Below are positions 20,285-30,000 of a stretch of 64,000 nt of DNA, one piece after another (position 1 is the first letter of the stretch; every line of letters begins with the position of its first letter). Source of the DNA: Verrucomicrobiota bacterium (lineage in GTDB: Bacteria > Verrucomicrobiota > Verrucomicrobiia > Limisphaerales > UBA8199). Below the pieces are notes generated by a model, which was not told where the DNA came from, searched no databases, and saw only the letters and a program-made list of their open reading frames with translations. Position numbers and translations under genes: made by a program. Location of the stretch: the NCBI GenBank assembly GCA_050011195.1, contig JBEKJO010000011.1:4958-68957 (forward strand), in the 5' to 3' direction.

Positions 20285-21161
20285 AAATGGGGGATGGGAG
20301 TTCGCCACGCTCTCTTTCCCGTGCTGGCATTTGGCGCCGAATTGGCTGCCAGCTTCCCGACGCTATTCTCCACGGCAAGCGGAGTTTTCGGCCTCGTAGC
20401 AGGGCCGTCCAGCGCCTTGCGGCCACTGGATTATTGAGTGAGGCTTTTCAGCTCGCTTGGACTGGTGGTTGCGCCACCGGCCTGCGAACCAGGTCAAGAC
20501 ACGTCTCTGTCTTTTTATCCGCGTCTTCACCACTTAGCGCCGGGTCAGCCGCCGCTTTTGGCGGCGCGTTTGCCCGGTGCCACGGGTCTCGCCTCTTAAC
20601 TCTCAGGTTGCCTTTCGTCCACAGGTCAGCGGTATCGTTTTTAACATCGCCGACTTCTCGGAAGGTTTTCACGGACCCTGCCAAGGCCGCGTGTCCTTCC
20701 CGGTTCGGACGCTCACTTTGTCCCGCCTTTCGGCGTCTTTCATTTGGCTGACCTCCTCGCGGAGACCGCCAGAGCCGCCCGCCCGTGCTGATGCACAGTA
20801 GCAACCGCATACCCTCTGGGTAACTGCGATTCGCCCAGGCTCGAAACTCGCCTGGGCTACTTGACTCGATTCGGAGCGGTTTCTCATCGCTCCTCACCGT
20901 TCAGTCCCTTTTTCGCGTTTACTGACGGCGCGCGAACGCCGCCAGAGGAACTGGTGAATCCTGCCTCCGCTCCCCAATCTTGCGATTCGGCTTGAGAGGG
21001 GTTGAGCCAACCAGCCTGACCCAACCTTTCCCCAGTCACCTGGGATTATCCTTGAGACGTTCAGCCTCAATCTGTTGACTGCTGCCGCCTGCCTCAGTTC
21101 TTTCAATGAACTGTTGTCAGCCTATCAGATTTCCCTAAACCGGCAACGAATTCTTGCGCAC

Positions 21162-21297
21162 AACTTATTCACCAAAAACGCCCGGGGAATAACTTGTGAA
21201 CAAGTAAAATCCCCCAATGGCGCCAACCGTTTCCCGCGTTCAACCGGGAAATTATTCACAACCGAAAATCCCCGGCCGCGGCCGCGGTGAATAAGTT
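21162..21297. repeat. 136-bp element bounded by a perfect 12-bp inverted repeat and enclosing two hairpins
   Basis: AACTTATTCACC (21162-21173) pairs with GGTGAATAAGTT (21286-21297). Inner hairpin GGGGAATAACTTG-TGAA-CAAGTAAAATCCCCC (21184-21215). A further ATTATTCACAAC lies at 21251-21262. Confidence 0.6.
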
Positions 21298-21311
21298 TTG
21301 GAGGAGCCTGT

Positions 21312-21437
21312 CAGGCGGTTGCCTCGGTCTTGGGCGTGGCTTTGGCCTGGGCTTTGGCCTGGGCGCCCGTTTTCTTCCGTTTCAAATAGGCGTGCCGCCG
21401 TTTCCGTTTCTCAACTTTGTTGTATTGCTTGCTCATA
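21312..21437 (-). CDS. Candidate 41-aa lysine/arginine-rich microprotein (below the ORF-track cutoff)
   Basis: ATG...TGA encodes MSKQYNKVEKRKRRHAYLKRKKTGAQAKAQAKATPKTEATA and contains a 13-bp tandem duplication. Against it: the start is only 43 nt from the divergent 21481 gene, and the AT-rich patch could simply be promoter DNA. Confidence 0.3.
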
Positions 21438-21480
21438 ATACTCTTTACATTCCCGACGCATTTCGCTTGTTTAACGCACT

Positions 21481-22017
21481 ATGAAGATTCGTTGGAATCG
21501 CTTCAACATCTATTTGGTGCTCGCGCTGGCCGTGGCCGCGGTTTGCGGCTGCCACATCTTCGGCGACACCAAAGCCAACAGGCTGCTCAGCACCTTGCGC
21601 CTCCATCTGGAAGCCAGCCGCGACGGGACCAAGGCCAACGAACCCGTCCCGATCTATCGCGAGAAGCCCGTTATGGTCAACGTGGAGAAAATGCCTTTCC
21701 TGACCGAAGCCGACGTGGCCGAGGCCAAGGTGATCAATGCGGTCGGCGGCTTCGCCCTCTGCATCCAGTTCAACCCTTCCGGCACTGCGCTGCTCGAGGA
21801 ACTCACCACCGCCAATCGCGGCAGGAGGATTGCCGTCTTCAGTCAGTTCGGCGAAAAGATCAAAGACCACCGCTGGCTGGCTGCCCCCATCATCGCCCGT
21901 CGCATTACCGACGGCGTGTTCACCTTCACCCCAGACGCAACCCGGGAAGAGTCGGAAGAAATTGCCCTCGGCCTGAACCACGTGGCCAAGAAAGTTAACA
22001 CATGGGTCGATCGGTAA
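21481..22017 (+). CDS. Hypothetical lipoprotein
   Basis: Lipobox LALAVAAVCGC. Protein-like composition. Overlaps the downstream M23 gene by 16 nt, so the two are likely co-transcribed. Confidence 0.7.
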   Translation: MKIRWNRFNIYLVLALAVAAVCGCHIFGDTKANRLLSTLRLHLEASRDGTKANEPVPIYREKPVMVNVEKMPFLTEADVAEAKVINAVGGFALCIQFNPSGTALLEELTTANRGRRIAVFSQFGEKIKDHRWLAAPIIARRITDGVFTFTPDATREESEEIALGLNHVAKKVNTWVDR

Positions 22018-23003
22018 TTCACGCGGCGTTTCTCGTTGCGCTCGCTGCCCAGGCCCAGCCCTTTCAACTTCCCACCGCCAATCACGCGTTATTCGACAAA
22101 GGGGGCGAGGAGAGGTTCTTTGTCGGTACCGTTGGCAAACCGTGGACGACCGGCACCTTCGGCTGTGTGCGCAGCGGCGGCTGGCAACTGCACGAGGGCC
22201 TCGACATCCGCTGCCTTCAGCGCGACCAGCACGGCGAGCCAACCGATCCGGTCCTGGCCACCGCCGACGGCACCGTCGTCTATATCAACACCCGGCCCTC
22301 GCTGTCGAACTACGGCAATTACCTCGTCGTGCGCCACCAGATTGAGGGCCTGGAGATTTACTCCCTCTGCGCCCACCTGCGCGAAGTCCGCCACGGCTTG
22401 ACCATCGGGCAGGCCGTCAAGGCGGGTGAGCCCGTCGCCATCATGGGCCGCACCGCCAACACGCATGAAGGTATTTCCAAAGACCGCGCCCATGTCCACT
22501 TCGAGTTGAACCTGCTCGTCAACGACCGGTTCGCAAGCTGGCACAAAAAGACATTTCCCAACCAGCGCAACGATCACGGCGAATGGAACGGCCAAAACCT
22601 CCTCGGCATTGATCCGCGGCCCATCCTCCTGGGGCAGCACGAGCAAGGCCCGAAATTCAGCCTACTCAACTACGTTCAGAACCAGACTGAACTCTGCCGC
22701 GTCCTCGTGCGTAAGACCGACTTCCCGTGGGTCAAACGCTACGCGGCCCTCGTTCGCCCCAACCCCCGCGCCCAACAGGAAGGCATCGCCGGTTACGAAA
22801 TCGCCCTCAACTTCAACGGCGTCGCCTTCGAACTGATCCCCCGCGCCGCCTCGGAAATCAAAGGCAACGCCAGGTTCCAACTGTTGTCCGTCAACGAGGC
22901 CGAGTATCAGAAGAACCCCGCCCGCCGCCTCGTCGCCAAACGCGGCGCCCGCTGGGAACTGACCAGCCACGGCTTGACCCAGCTCGAAATGTACGCCTAC
23001 TAA
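22002..23003 (+). CDS. M23 family metallopeptidase
   Basis: Signal peptide. Motifs HEGLDI, GNYLVVRH and DRAHVHFEL (HxxxD / HxH LytM-type zinc ligands). Confidence 0.88.
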   Translation: MGRSVIHAAFLVALAAQAQPFQLPTANHALFDKGGEERFFVGTVGKPWTTGTFGCVRSGGWQLHEGLDIRCLQRDQHGEPTDPVLATADGTVVYINTRPSLSNYGNYLVVRHQIEGLEIYSLCAHLREVRHGLTIGQAVKAGEPVAIMGRTANTHEGISKDRAHVHFELNLLVNDRFASWHKKTFPNQRNDHGEWNGQNLLGIDPRPILLGQHEQGPKFSLLNYVQNQTELCRVLVRKTDFPWVKRYAALVRPNPRAQQEGIAGYEIALNFNGVAFELIPRAASEIKGNARFQLLSVNEAEYQKNPARRLVAKRGARWELTSHGLTQLEMYAY

Positions 23004-23114
23004 GCCTTTAGCCCGTCCGAAACCATTTAACTCGTTCAGGCGCCGCGACTGGACCAGCGCTAGTCTGGAAAATACGCCCGACCACCCTCAGGCGTGCGCA
23101 GTGAGCTGTCGCCC

Positions 23115-23501
23115 TTAACCCCCTGCCTCCCCCGCCTCCCCGCCCCCCTTCGCTCCCAACAACCGCTTCTCCTGCTCCTCAATGAACTCCTTTAGCGCCT
23201 TGAACTCGCTTACCCCGCTTAACCCCTCAGCCCCGCTTCCCCCAACCCCCGCCTGGCCTGCCAGCGCGCCCTGTGGAGGCATGGTGAAGAAAGGGCTTGC
23301 CGCCGCCTGCGCCGGCAGCGCCGCCGGCGCGTATCCAGCCGGCATCGCCTTGTGCCTCACCACCCAACCACCCCGCGTATGCATGATGATCGCCCGCATG
23401 TAGCGCCCGCTCTCCCCATTCACATAGCTCAACCGCTCCGCCAACACCAGCCGGTCCAGCCGCGTCACCTTCACATCCCTCTCAAACTTAAGCTTCGCCA
23501 T
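23115..23501 (-). CDS. Hypothetical protein (128 aa)
   Basis: Start at MAKLKFERDVKV, preceded by GAGGGG. Structured N-terminal half and a low-complexity Gly/Ala tail. No recognisable family. Confidence 0.55.
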   Translation of the reverse strand: MAKLKFERDVKVTRLDRLVLAERLSYVNGESGRYMRAIIMHTRGGWVVRHKAMPAGYAPAALPAQAAASPFFTMPPQGALAGQAGVGGSGAEGLSGVSEFKALKEFIEEQEKRLLGAKGGGEAGEAGG

Positions 23502-23776
23502 AACGCCCCTCAGTCTATCCTCCGCGCGCCCCCGCCCAAAGCATAAAAATCCTCCCCGTTCTCCGCTCCACCCCCGCCCTTCCACCCCTCACCCACCACA
23601 TCCCCTCTCCGTCCACACCCCGTCCTCACGCCGTCCTCACACTGCTGCAGAGCCGACTTTGGCACGTAGTCCGACACCCGCGCTAATTCGTGCCTGCCGC
23701 CAGCCTCACTTTCCGCTCGCCAGCCCTTGCCGCGTCTGCTAAGTTTTGTCAGAGAAAAGAACGCAATGACCATCGC

Positions 23777-24697
23777 ATGAAACCGCTCACACATTTTGAG
23801 CAATGCGTTGAGAAGGCCTGTGATCCTTGTCGTCCCCCGTGCCGCCGCGGGGCAGGCGCTGCCTTCACGCTCATCGAGTTGCTGGTGGTCATTGCCATCA
23901 TCGCCATCCTGGCGGCGCTCCTTTTGCCGGCCCTTTCCCAAGCCAAAGGCTACGCCCGGAACATCAACTGCGAGAGCAATTTGAAGCAATTGCAGCTCTG
24001 CTGGCAAATGTATGCGGATGACTATCATGGCGTGCTCTGTCCGAATGATTGGATCGCCACTGAGGGGGGTGGAAGCGCCACCGATATGAAGCAAACATCG
24101 TGGTGTTTGGGGAATGCCCGCACCGATACGGACACATCAGGCATTCAGAACGGTCTTCTCTTCCCCTTCAACACCTCGACCGCCATTTACCACTGCCCGT
24201 CTGACATGTCCACCATTGAGGACGCAAACGGGAATCCGCTTCCCCAACTGCGAACCCGAAGCTACAATATGAGTCAGTCGGTAAACGGTTACGGCAACCT
24301 CGTAGATCCGGTATCAGGGTATTATGTGGACGCTCTCCAGCCCTGTTTCCAAACGCTCTCCGCCATCATCGCTCCGATACCCTCCGCGCTCTTTGTCTTC
24401 ATAGATGAAAACGAGGTAACGCTCGTGGACGATCAGTTCGGGTACCCAATGGTCAATTTTGATTATGGTAGCTGGTGGGACATGCCGTCCAATCGCCATA
24501 ATCAGGGAGCCAATCTCTCATTCGCGGACGGCCATGTGGAGCGTTGGAAATGGAGGGCCCCCATGATCGATCCCCTCCCGCCGGAAAATATCGTTCCGGT
24601 AAGTTCAGCCCAAATGCCTGACTACATCCGAGTCGGCAATGCCCTGCGGCAGATCCCGATTGACTGGAGCACTGCTCCCCCCGGCAACGCCCAGTGA
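23777..24697 (+). CDS. Prepilin-type N-terminal cleavage/methylation domain protein (DUF1559 / H-X9-DG type)
   Basis: [28 protein letters not shown] leader. C-terminal [17 protein letters not shown] (H-X9-DG). Confidence 0.88.
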   Translation: MKPLTHFEQCVEKACDPCRPPCRRGAGAAFTLIELLVVIAIIAILAALLLPALSQAKGYARNINCESNLKQLQLCWQMYADDYHGVLCPNDWIATEGGGSATDMKQTSWCLGNARTDTDTSGIQNGLLFPFNTSTAIYHCPSDMSTIEDANGNPLPQLRTRSYNMSQSVNGYGNLVDPVSGYYVDALQPCFQTLSAIIAPIPSALFVFIDENEVTLVDDQFGYPMVNFDYGSWWDMPSNRHNQGANLSFADGHVERWKWRAPMIDPLPPENIVPVSSAQMPDYIRVGNALRQIPIDWSTAPPGNAQ

Positions 24698-24802
24698 TGG
24701 ACTTTGCGCCGACTGCTGTAGTGGCCGCAACTTTTGGGTTCCGCCACCCTTGGACTTCTCGCTTGCGCTCCCGTCCCCTCCTGCTATCTCTGTTTATCGG
24801 AT

Positions 24803-25978
24803 ATGAACTATAAAATCTCAAAACGCGCTGCTTCCCTCTCACCGTCGCTCACGCTGGCCATTGACTCGAAGGCCAAGCAAATGAAAGCCGACGGCCTGGA
24901 CGTCGTCGGCTTCGGCGCCGGCGAACCGGACTTCGACACCCCCCAGCACATCAAAGACGCCGCCGCCAAGGCCCTCGCCGCCGGCTTCACCAAATATACC
25001 CCCGCCGCCGGCATCCCCGAACTGCGCGCCGCCATCGCCGACAAACACAAACGCGAAAACGGCCTCACCTACAAACCCTCCCAGGTCATCGTCTCCTGCG
25101 GCGGCAAGCACTCCTGCTTCAACGTCATCTTTGCCACCTGCGAAGAAGGCGACGAAGTCATCATCCCCGCGCCCTACTGGCTGAGCTACCCCGAAATGGT
25201 CAAGATGGCCGGCGCCAGGCCCGTCATCGTCCAGACCACCGACAAGACCGAGTTCAAGCTCACCCCCGACGCCCTCCGCGCCGCCATCACCCCCCGCACG
25301 CGCCTGTTCGTCCTCAACTCCCCCAGCAACCCCACCGGCTCCGTCTATACGCCCGCCGAAGTCAGAGCCTTGGGCGACATCTGCGTCGAAAAGAACGTCC
25401 TCATCATGAGCGACGAAATCTACGAGCACCTCCTCTACGATGGCGCGACTACCCGCAGCGTCGCCAGCTTCTCCCCGGCCCACTTCGAGCACACCATCAT
25501 CGTTCACGGCTTTGCCAAAGCCTGGAGCATGACCGGCTGGCGCCTCGGCTGGTGCGCCGCCCCCGAGGCGATTGCCAAAGCCATTGACGCCATCCAAAGC
25601 CACAGCACCAGCAACCCGACCTCCTTTGCCCAGAAAGGCGCTGTCGCCGCCCTCACCGGGCCGCAGGACCACTTGGCCCTCTGGCTGGCCGAATTCAACA
25701 AACGCCGCACCTTTGCCTGGCAGAAACTCAACCGCATCCCGGGCCTCACCTGCGTCAACGCCAAAGGCGCTTTCTACCTCTTCCCGAACATTGCGAAGAC
25801 CGGTCTCAAATCCACCGACTTCTGCGCCCGGCTCCTCGAAGCCGAGAAAGTCGCCGCCGTCCCCGGCATCGCCTTTGGCGCCGACGACTACATCCGCCTC
25901 AGCTACGCCACCAGCATGGCCAACATCCAGAAGGGCCTCGAACGCCTCGAACGCTTCTGCCAGGGCCTGGCTAAATGA
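24803..25978 (+). CDS. Pyridoxal-phosphate-dependent aspartate aminotransferase (class I)
   Basis: Motifs GAGEPDFDTP, NSPSNPTG, and HGFAKAWSMTGWRLGW (PLP lysine context). Start at MNYKISKRAASLSPS. Confidence 0.92.
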   Translation: MNYKISKRAASLSPSLTLAIDSKAKQMKADGLDVVGFGAGEPDFDTPQHIKDAAAKALAAGFTKYTPAAGIPELRAAIADKHKRENGLTYKPSQVIVSCGGKHSCFNVIFATCEEGDEVIIPAPYWLSYPEMVKMAGARPVIVQTTDKTEFKLTPDALRAAITPRTRLFVLNSPSNPTGSVYTPAEVRALGDICVEKNVLIMSDEIYEHLLYDGATTRSVASFSPAHFEHTIIVHGFAKAWSMTGWRLGWCAAPEAIAKAIDAIQSHSTSNPTSFAQKGAVAALTGPQDHLALWLAEFNKRRTFAWQKLNRIPGLTCVNAKGAFYLFPNIAKTGLKSTDFCARLLEAEKVAAVPGIAFGADDYIRLSYATSMANIQKGLERLERFCQGLAK

Positions 25979-26044
25979 AGCTCCACCGAAATTCGAGACT
26001 GGGCCGCCGAGCGAATAGGGCCGTGTGATTAGATCCGAATCCAC

Positions 26045-26956
26045 ATGAGCCGAGACCCGGCGTCTCTTCGCCTCTCGCCTCTGGCCCAGCCGCCGCGGCC
26101 CGTGCCGCTTTCAGTTCGGCTGCAAGTGTTGTTGGGGGGCTACATGAACCAGTTCGGCTGGTTCTTCTTTGGCTTCGGCATGATTTTCTTTTGGTTGTTT
26201 GTGTGCCGGGCTGATTTGACCAGTTGGTATCGGTTTGGCGGACGGTTGGAAACGGCGCCGGGCCGCGTGGCCGGCAGCAGCGACACCGGCGCAACGGCAG
26301 GCGGGAGCAAACACCATCGCGGCACCCCCATTTACAAGAACAAGTTCTCCTTCCTCGTGGATGACAGGGAATACCACGGTGCCTCCTACGCGACCGGCTA
26401 CAAACTGCCGGCCGGGAGCGCCGTCACGGTGGAATACGCCCCCGGCCAGCCGCGCCTTGCCCGAATCCAGGGAATGCGGACAAACGTGTTCGGTCCCGGC
26501 GTGCTCTTCGTGTTGATTTTCCCCTTGATCGGGCTGGGCATCATCTCGTTCGGCTTGGCTTCCGGGGTGAGAGCGTGCCGGCTGTTGGCTCACGGCGTTC
26601 CGACCTCCGCCAAGCTGCTCTTCAAGGAGCCGACCAACATGAGCGTCAACCGCCGCACGGTTTACAAGTACGCGTTCGTTTTCAAGACCCTCGCCGGCGA
26701 AGTCTGCACGGCCACCGCCAAGACCGCCACCGACAGGTTTGCGAATGACGCCGAGGAACACATCCTCTACGACCTGCGCCAGCCCCAGCGGGCGCTGTTG
26801 CTGGACGGCCTGCCCGGCGCGCCGCTAATCGGCGAGGACGGCCACCTCGTCAGCCGGCGGCCGGCGTTGGCCCTCTGGTCCTCCATCATTCCCCTGGCCA
26901 CAATCCTCGGTCATGGATGGTGGGCGCTGCGGTTACTCAGCCATTCAGCTCCATAG
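26045..26956 (+). CDS. Membrane protein with tandem DUF3592-like modules
   Basis: The pattern TM helix, beta-rich segment, TM helix occurs twice, e.g. FGWFFFGFGMIFFWLFV ... VLFVLIFPLIGLGIISFGL. The family call is tentative. Confidence 0.6.
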   Translation: MSRDPASLRLSPLAQPPRPVPLSVRLQVLLGGYMNQFGWFFFGFGMIFFWLFVCRADLTSWYRFGGRLETAPGRVAGSSDTGATAGGSKHHRGTPIYKNKFSFLVDDREYHGASYATGYKLPAGSAVTVEYAPGQPRLARIQGMRTNVFGPGVLFVLIFPLIGLGIISFGLASGVRACRLLAHGVPTSAKLLFKEPTNMSVNRRTVYKYAFVFKTLAGEVCTATAKTATDRFANDAEEHILYDLRQPQRALLLDGLPGAPLIGEDGHLVSRRPALALWSSIIPLATILGHGWWALRLLSHSAP

Positions 26957-26999
26957 GAGTGGCAGGTTTATAGAAGCGCACCCCCAGACGCCGTCCAAG

Positions 27000-27040
27000 C
27001 GTCTCCGTCAGGAGACGCTCGGAGGTCATTAACTGACCTC
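27000..27040. terminator. Two adjacent hairpins between convergent genes
   Basis: CGTCTCC-gtca-GGAGACG (27000-27017) and GAGGTCA-ttaac-TGACCTC (27022-27040). No clear U-tract on either strand. Confidence 0.4.
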
Positions 27041-27065
27041 TTCAGGAATCAATATTGCGTAATCG

Positions 27066-30000
27066 TTATTGCTCTATCACCACGAATACATTGGTTTTCC
27101 TGACGATTCCCCCGGGCAAGGTGAAGCAGGTGGTCGTGTTGGTTGCAGTAATCGGAGTGCCGTTAGTCGGCCAGCTTGCTCTAGGCACGGCCAGGCTGGT
27201 GTTGGTCAGCACATAGTAAACGACGTTTGACACAGACTGCCAGCACACGACGAAGTTGGTGCCGGTACTGTCAAGGGACGCAGACGTGATCGAGAATGTC
27301 GCCGGCAGCGGGTTCACCGTCAGCGTGCCGGTGTTGTAGGTGATGCTGTAGTTGGCCGGATTGAAGGTCCCGCCCGAAGCGCTAGAGATGGTAAGCGTAT
27401 ATGAGCCCACCGCCTCATTCGCCGTACCCACTGGCGCACTGCCGGAGATGACCAGGAGCACCGTCCCAATCGTTTCACCGTTCTGCAGGCCGCTGGCGGT
27501 AAATGCCTTGCTGTTATAATTCGTCGTCCCGTCGATGGGTGTCAACGCCGCCGGAAACGTGCCATAGGTAGTGGTGATGTTGTTGGCGGTAACCGTCAGC
27601 GGAGCCGCCGTCACGGTCTGGGACAATGGGCCGGCGGTGCTCGCCCCATAATTACTGTCGCCGCTATAGACCGCTGTGATGCTGGGATAGACGGCTACGG
27701 ACAGGGTCGGCAAGTTGAGCGTGGCCAGTCCTGTTCCGGTGTTAACCGCTACCGGGGAACCTAGCGGCGCGCCGTTGTTGAAGAATTGCACTACGCCGCC
27801 ATTCGGGACGGGAGAAACAGCCGCCGTAAGGGCTACCGAGCCGTATGTGCTGCCGCCAGTGGAAGAGAGGGCGGTCGTGGTCTGGTTGGCGGGTGTCACC
27901 ACCTTCATAATCACGGTTGAGCCGCTGACGGAGGCGGCCGCCGAGGCGCCGGCGGCCAGGCCATTGCCAGCGACGATGACAGGAATAGCGGGAGCGCCGT
28001 TGATGGTGCCGGTGACCCCGTCGGTCACTTGGATCAGACTGTAAGTGCCGGCGCCCAATGCGCTGATTGCGTTGGTGACGACAATCTGGTTGTTATTAAG
28101 TTTCAACGCGCCCTGGAGGATTTCGAGAGCCGGATCGGAAGGATCGCCGCTGGTGGACGAGGGCGTGTAGGTCAGGCAAATCGGCTGCGCGCCTAGGTTG
28201 ACCGTGCCGGCGGAAGCGCCATTGATCGCGGCGGCGCTGCTTCCCTGGATGGTGCCGCTGCCGCTGGCGTTGAGGGTTGCGTTGGCGCTCAAAGCATAGG
28301 CAGGGAAGGCGGACACATCGAAGGTCGCGCCTTCGGCAATGGCAATCGCCGAAGAATTGCTGATGGAACCGGTGCTGGCCAAGGCCAGGGTGCCGGCGCT
28401 GACGGTTGTGGGGCCGGCGTAAGTGTTCGTCCCGCTTAAAGTCAGCGTATTGCCGTACCCCGCCATGGTCAGTCCGCCCACTCCCGGATAGGTGAACAAA
28501 TTGGCGAGGGGAATCTGTCCGAGAGAGCCGCCGCTAGGCGTCCACTCGAGTTCGCAGATGGCCCCGCCGCCGCCCTGCATATATTCCAGGCGAAAATCGT
28601 AGAGGGTGTTGGGATTCAGCGTGATGGCGGCGCTCGTCCTGGTGGTTGACCCATGGAAGCCCCAATTGTCTATCACCAACTGGCCGTTGACCCAAAGACG
28701 GGTCCCGTCGTCCGAAATGGTCGTAAAGGTGTAAGACGACGCCGAGGTCGTGAGCAACTGCCCGATCCACCGGACACTGAAATCGGTGGTCTGCGGGTAA
28801 AGCGGATTCACAGTGGGTTGCGTGAAGTCGGGGATATAAAAGCTGCTATCCACGCGCGAGACTGCCAGGCCGGTAAAAGCGAGGTTCGTATAGTAAAATC
28901 CCTGCAATCCGTTCACCGAAGGGCTGTTGGCATAAGGCAGCGGGGAATTCTCGATCACGCCGGAAAAAGCGCCCCCGTTCACCGTCAGCGTCCCCCCCTC
29001 CAGGTTCACCGTTCCATTGCCGGACAGGGAAGGAAGGGTCTGATTCAGGCTGACGATATCCAGAACGCCGGGATTGGTGACGCCTACCGACACCGTGTCC
29101 GGAATGACGCTGACAAAGCTGGGGTACGATGCGGGACTGAGCACCAAGGTGGCGGGCACCGCATTGCCGCCGCTGACGGTGGTCGTGCCGGAGTAAGTGT
29201 TGACGCCGCTGAGAACCTCCTCCCCGCCGGTGATCGCCAGATTACCCGTGCCGCTGATGACGCCGGAATACGCGCCGCTGCCGCCCTCCTCGACCACCCC
29301 GGATTTCCCGCCATTGATCGTCAGGGTGGCGTTATCGTTGTTCACATTGCCTCCGGCCGCCGTCGTGCCGGCCGGCACACCCAGTGTGGCAATGGAATCA
29401 CTGTAGCCGTTCATGTTAAACGCCCCAGCGTTGGCTATCAGAAGGGATGAGTTGGTGGGGACACCATAGTTGGCGCCCAGTTTGAGAACGCCGCCGTTGA
29501 CGGTGGTCAAGCCGCTGTAGGTGTTGGTGGCCGAAAGCACAATCGTGCCCGGTTCCGCGGTGAAGGTGATGCCATAGCCGCTGCCGCCGTCGCCAATGAC
29601 GCCGCTGATCGTGGCGGCGGAGCTGCTGTTGCCGTTGCCCATCGTGGTGTTGCCATGGAGGGTCACCGGCCCGCTGATCAGGGCGCCATTTTCAATCCGC
29701 AACGAGCCATAAGTCTCGGAATTCCCGGCGCCATAGAGATTCACGGGACAGGGAATGATGACCCCGCTATTGGCGACATAAAGGGTTCCGCCCGAGGCGA
29801 CGTTGACGGTTGCGGCGCTGTTCAAATTGACGCCGGTGGTGAGAATTTGGGCCTTGGCGGTGCTGCCGGGACTGGTGGGACAATTGAGCGTGCCGGTAAA
29901 ACTGGACATCGAACCGCCCAGTTGAAGGTTGTTGCTGGCGGTTTCTACGAGGTTAACGGTTCCGGGTCCGCTGATGGCGTTGGCCAGAATGATGTTGTTG

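Larger units (their letters stand above)
20156..21311 (-). other. ORF-poor, hairpin-dense region upstream of cysK (candidate long leader or structured ncRNA; orientation inferred from the terminator)
   Basis: None of the six frames gives a protein-like translation. There are several GC-rich hairpins, including a GAAA tetraloop hairpin at 20724-20735. The region ends in a minus-strand intrinsic terminator. Confidence 0.35.

Noticed and set aside
20239-20450. A known riboswitch or T-box controlling cysK, considered because a terminator precedes the gene.
   Set aside because: I could not find a T-box (GGGUGGUACCGCG), a B12 box, or SAM-I, SAM-II or SAH core sequences by eye. The question is left open under the broader finding rather than called.
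20441-20810. A tRNA-like or tmRNA-like end on the minus strand: ...GGTTCGCAGGCCGGTGGCGCAACCACCA. A possible 5' partner, GGTTGC, lies ~345 nt upstream, which is a tmRNA-like length.
   Set aside because: The third acceptor pair would be U-A rather than the G-U required for Ala charging. GGTTCGCAGGCC does not form a 5-bp T-stem. There is no tag reading frame ending in Ala-Ala-stop, and the 5' end lacks the GGGG...UUCGAC pattern.
20287-20897. The 154-aa (+) and 149-aa (-) ORFs inside the cysK upstream region.
   Set aside because: The translations are Arg/Ser/Gly/Pro-rich with no domain-like segments, no SD and no sensible start context. They are typical random ORFs in GC-rich non-coding DNA.
20441-21060. 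Possible RNase P RNA. The minus-strand CCGTGGCACCGGGCAAAC resembles E. coli M1 CCGUGGCACGGUAAAC, and GAAAGG- and GUUAAGAG-like strings lie nearby.
   Set aside because: The universally conserved P4 strands (GAGGAAAGUCC and ACAGAAnCCGGCUUA) are absent from the region on both strands.
24839-26044. Long antisense or alternate-frame ORFs throughout the window. Examples are 24839-26044(-), 12017-12967(-), 15154-15939(-), 16832-17794(+), 34680-35846(+), 35671-37071(-), and 40121-41083(-). Further examples are 43037-43930(-), 45592-46335(-), 49640-51430(+), 53453-54781(-), and 60271-61164(+).
   Set aside because: Each lies opposite or out of frame to a gene with strong family signatures. Their translations are low-complexity (G/A/R/V/D-rich) shadows caused by high GC3 on the true coding strand.
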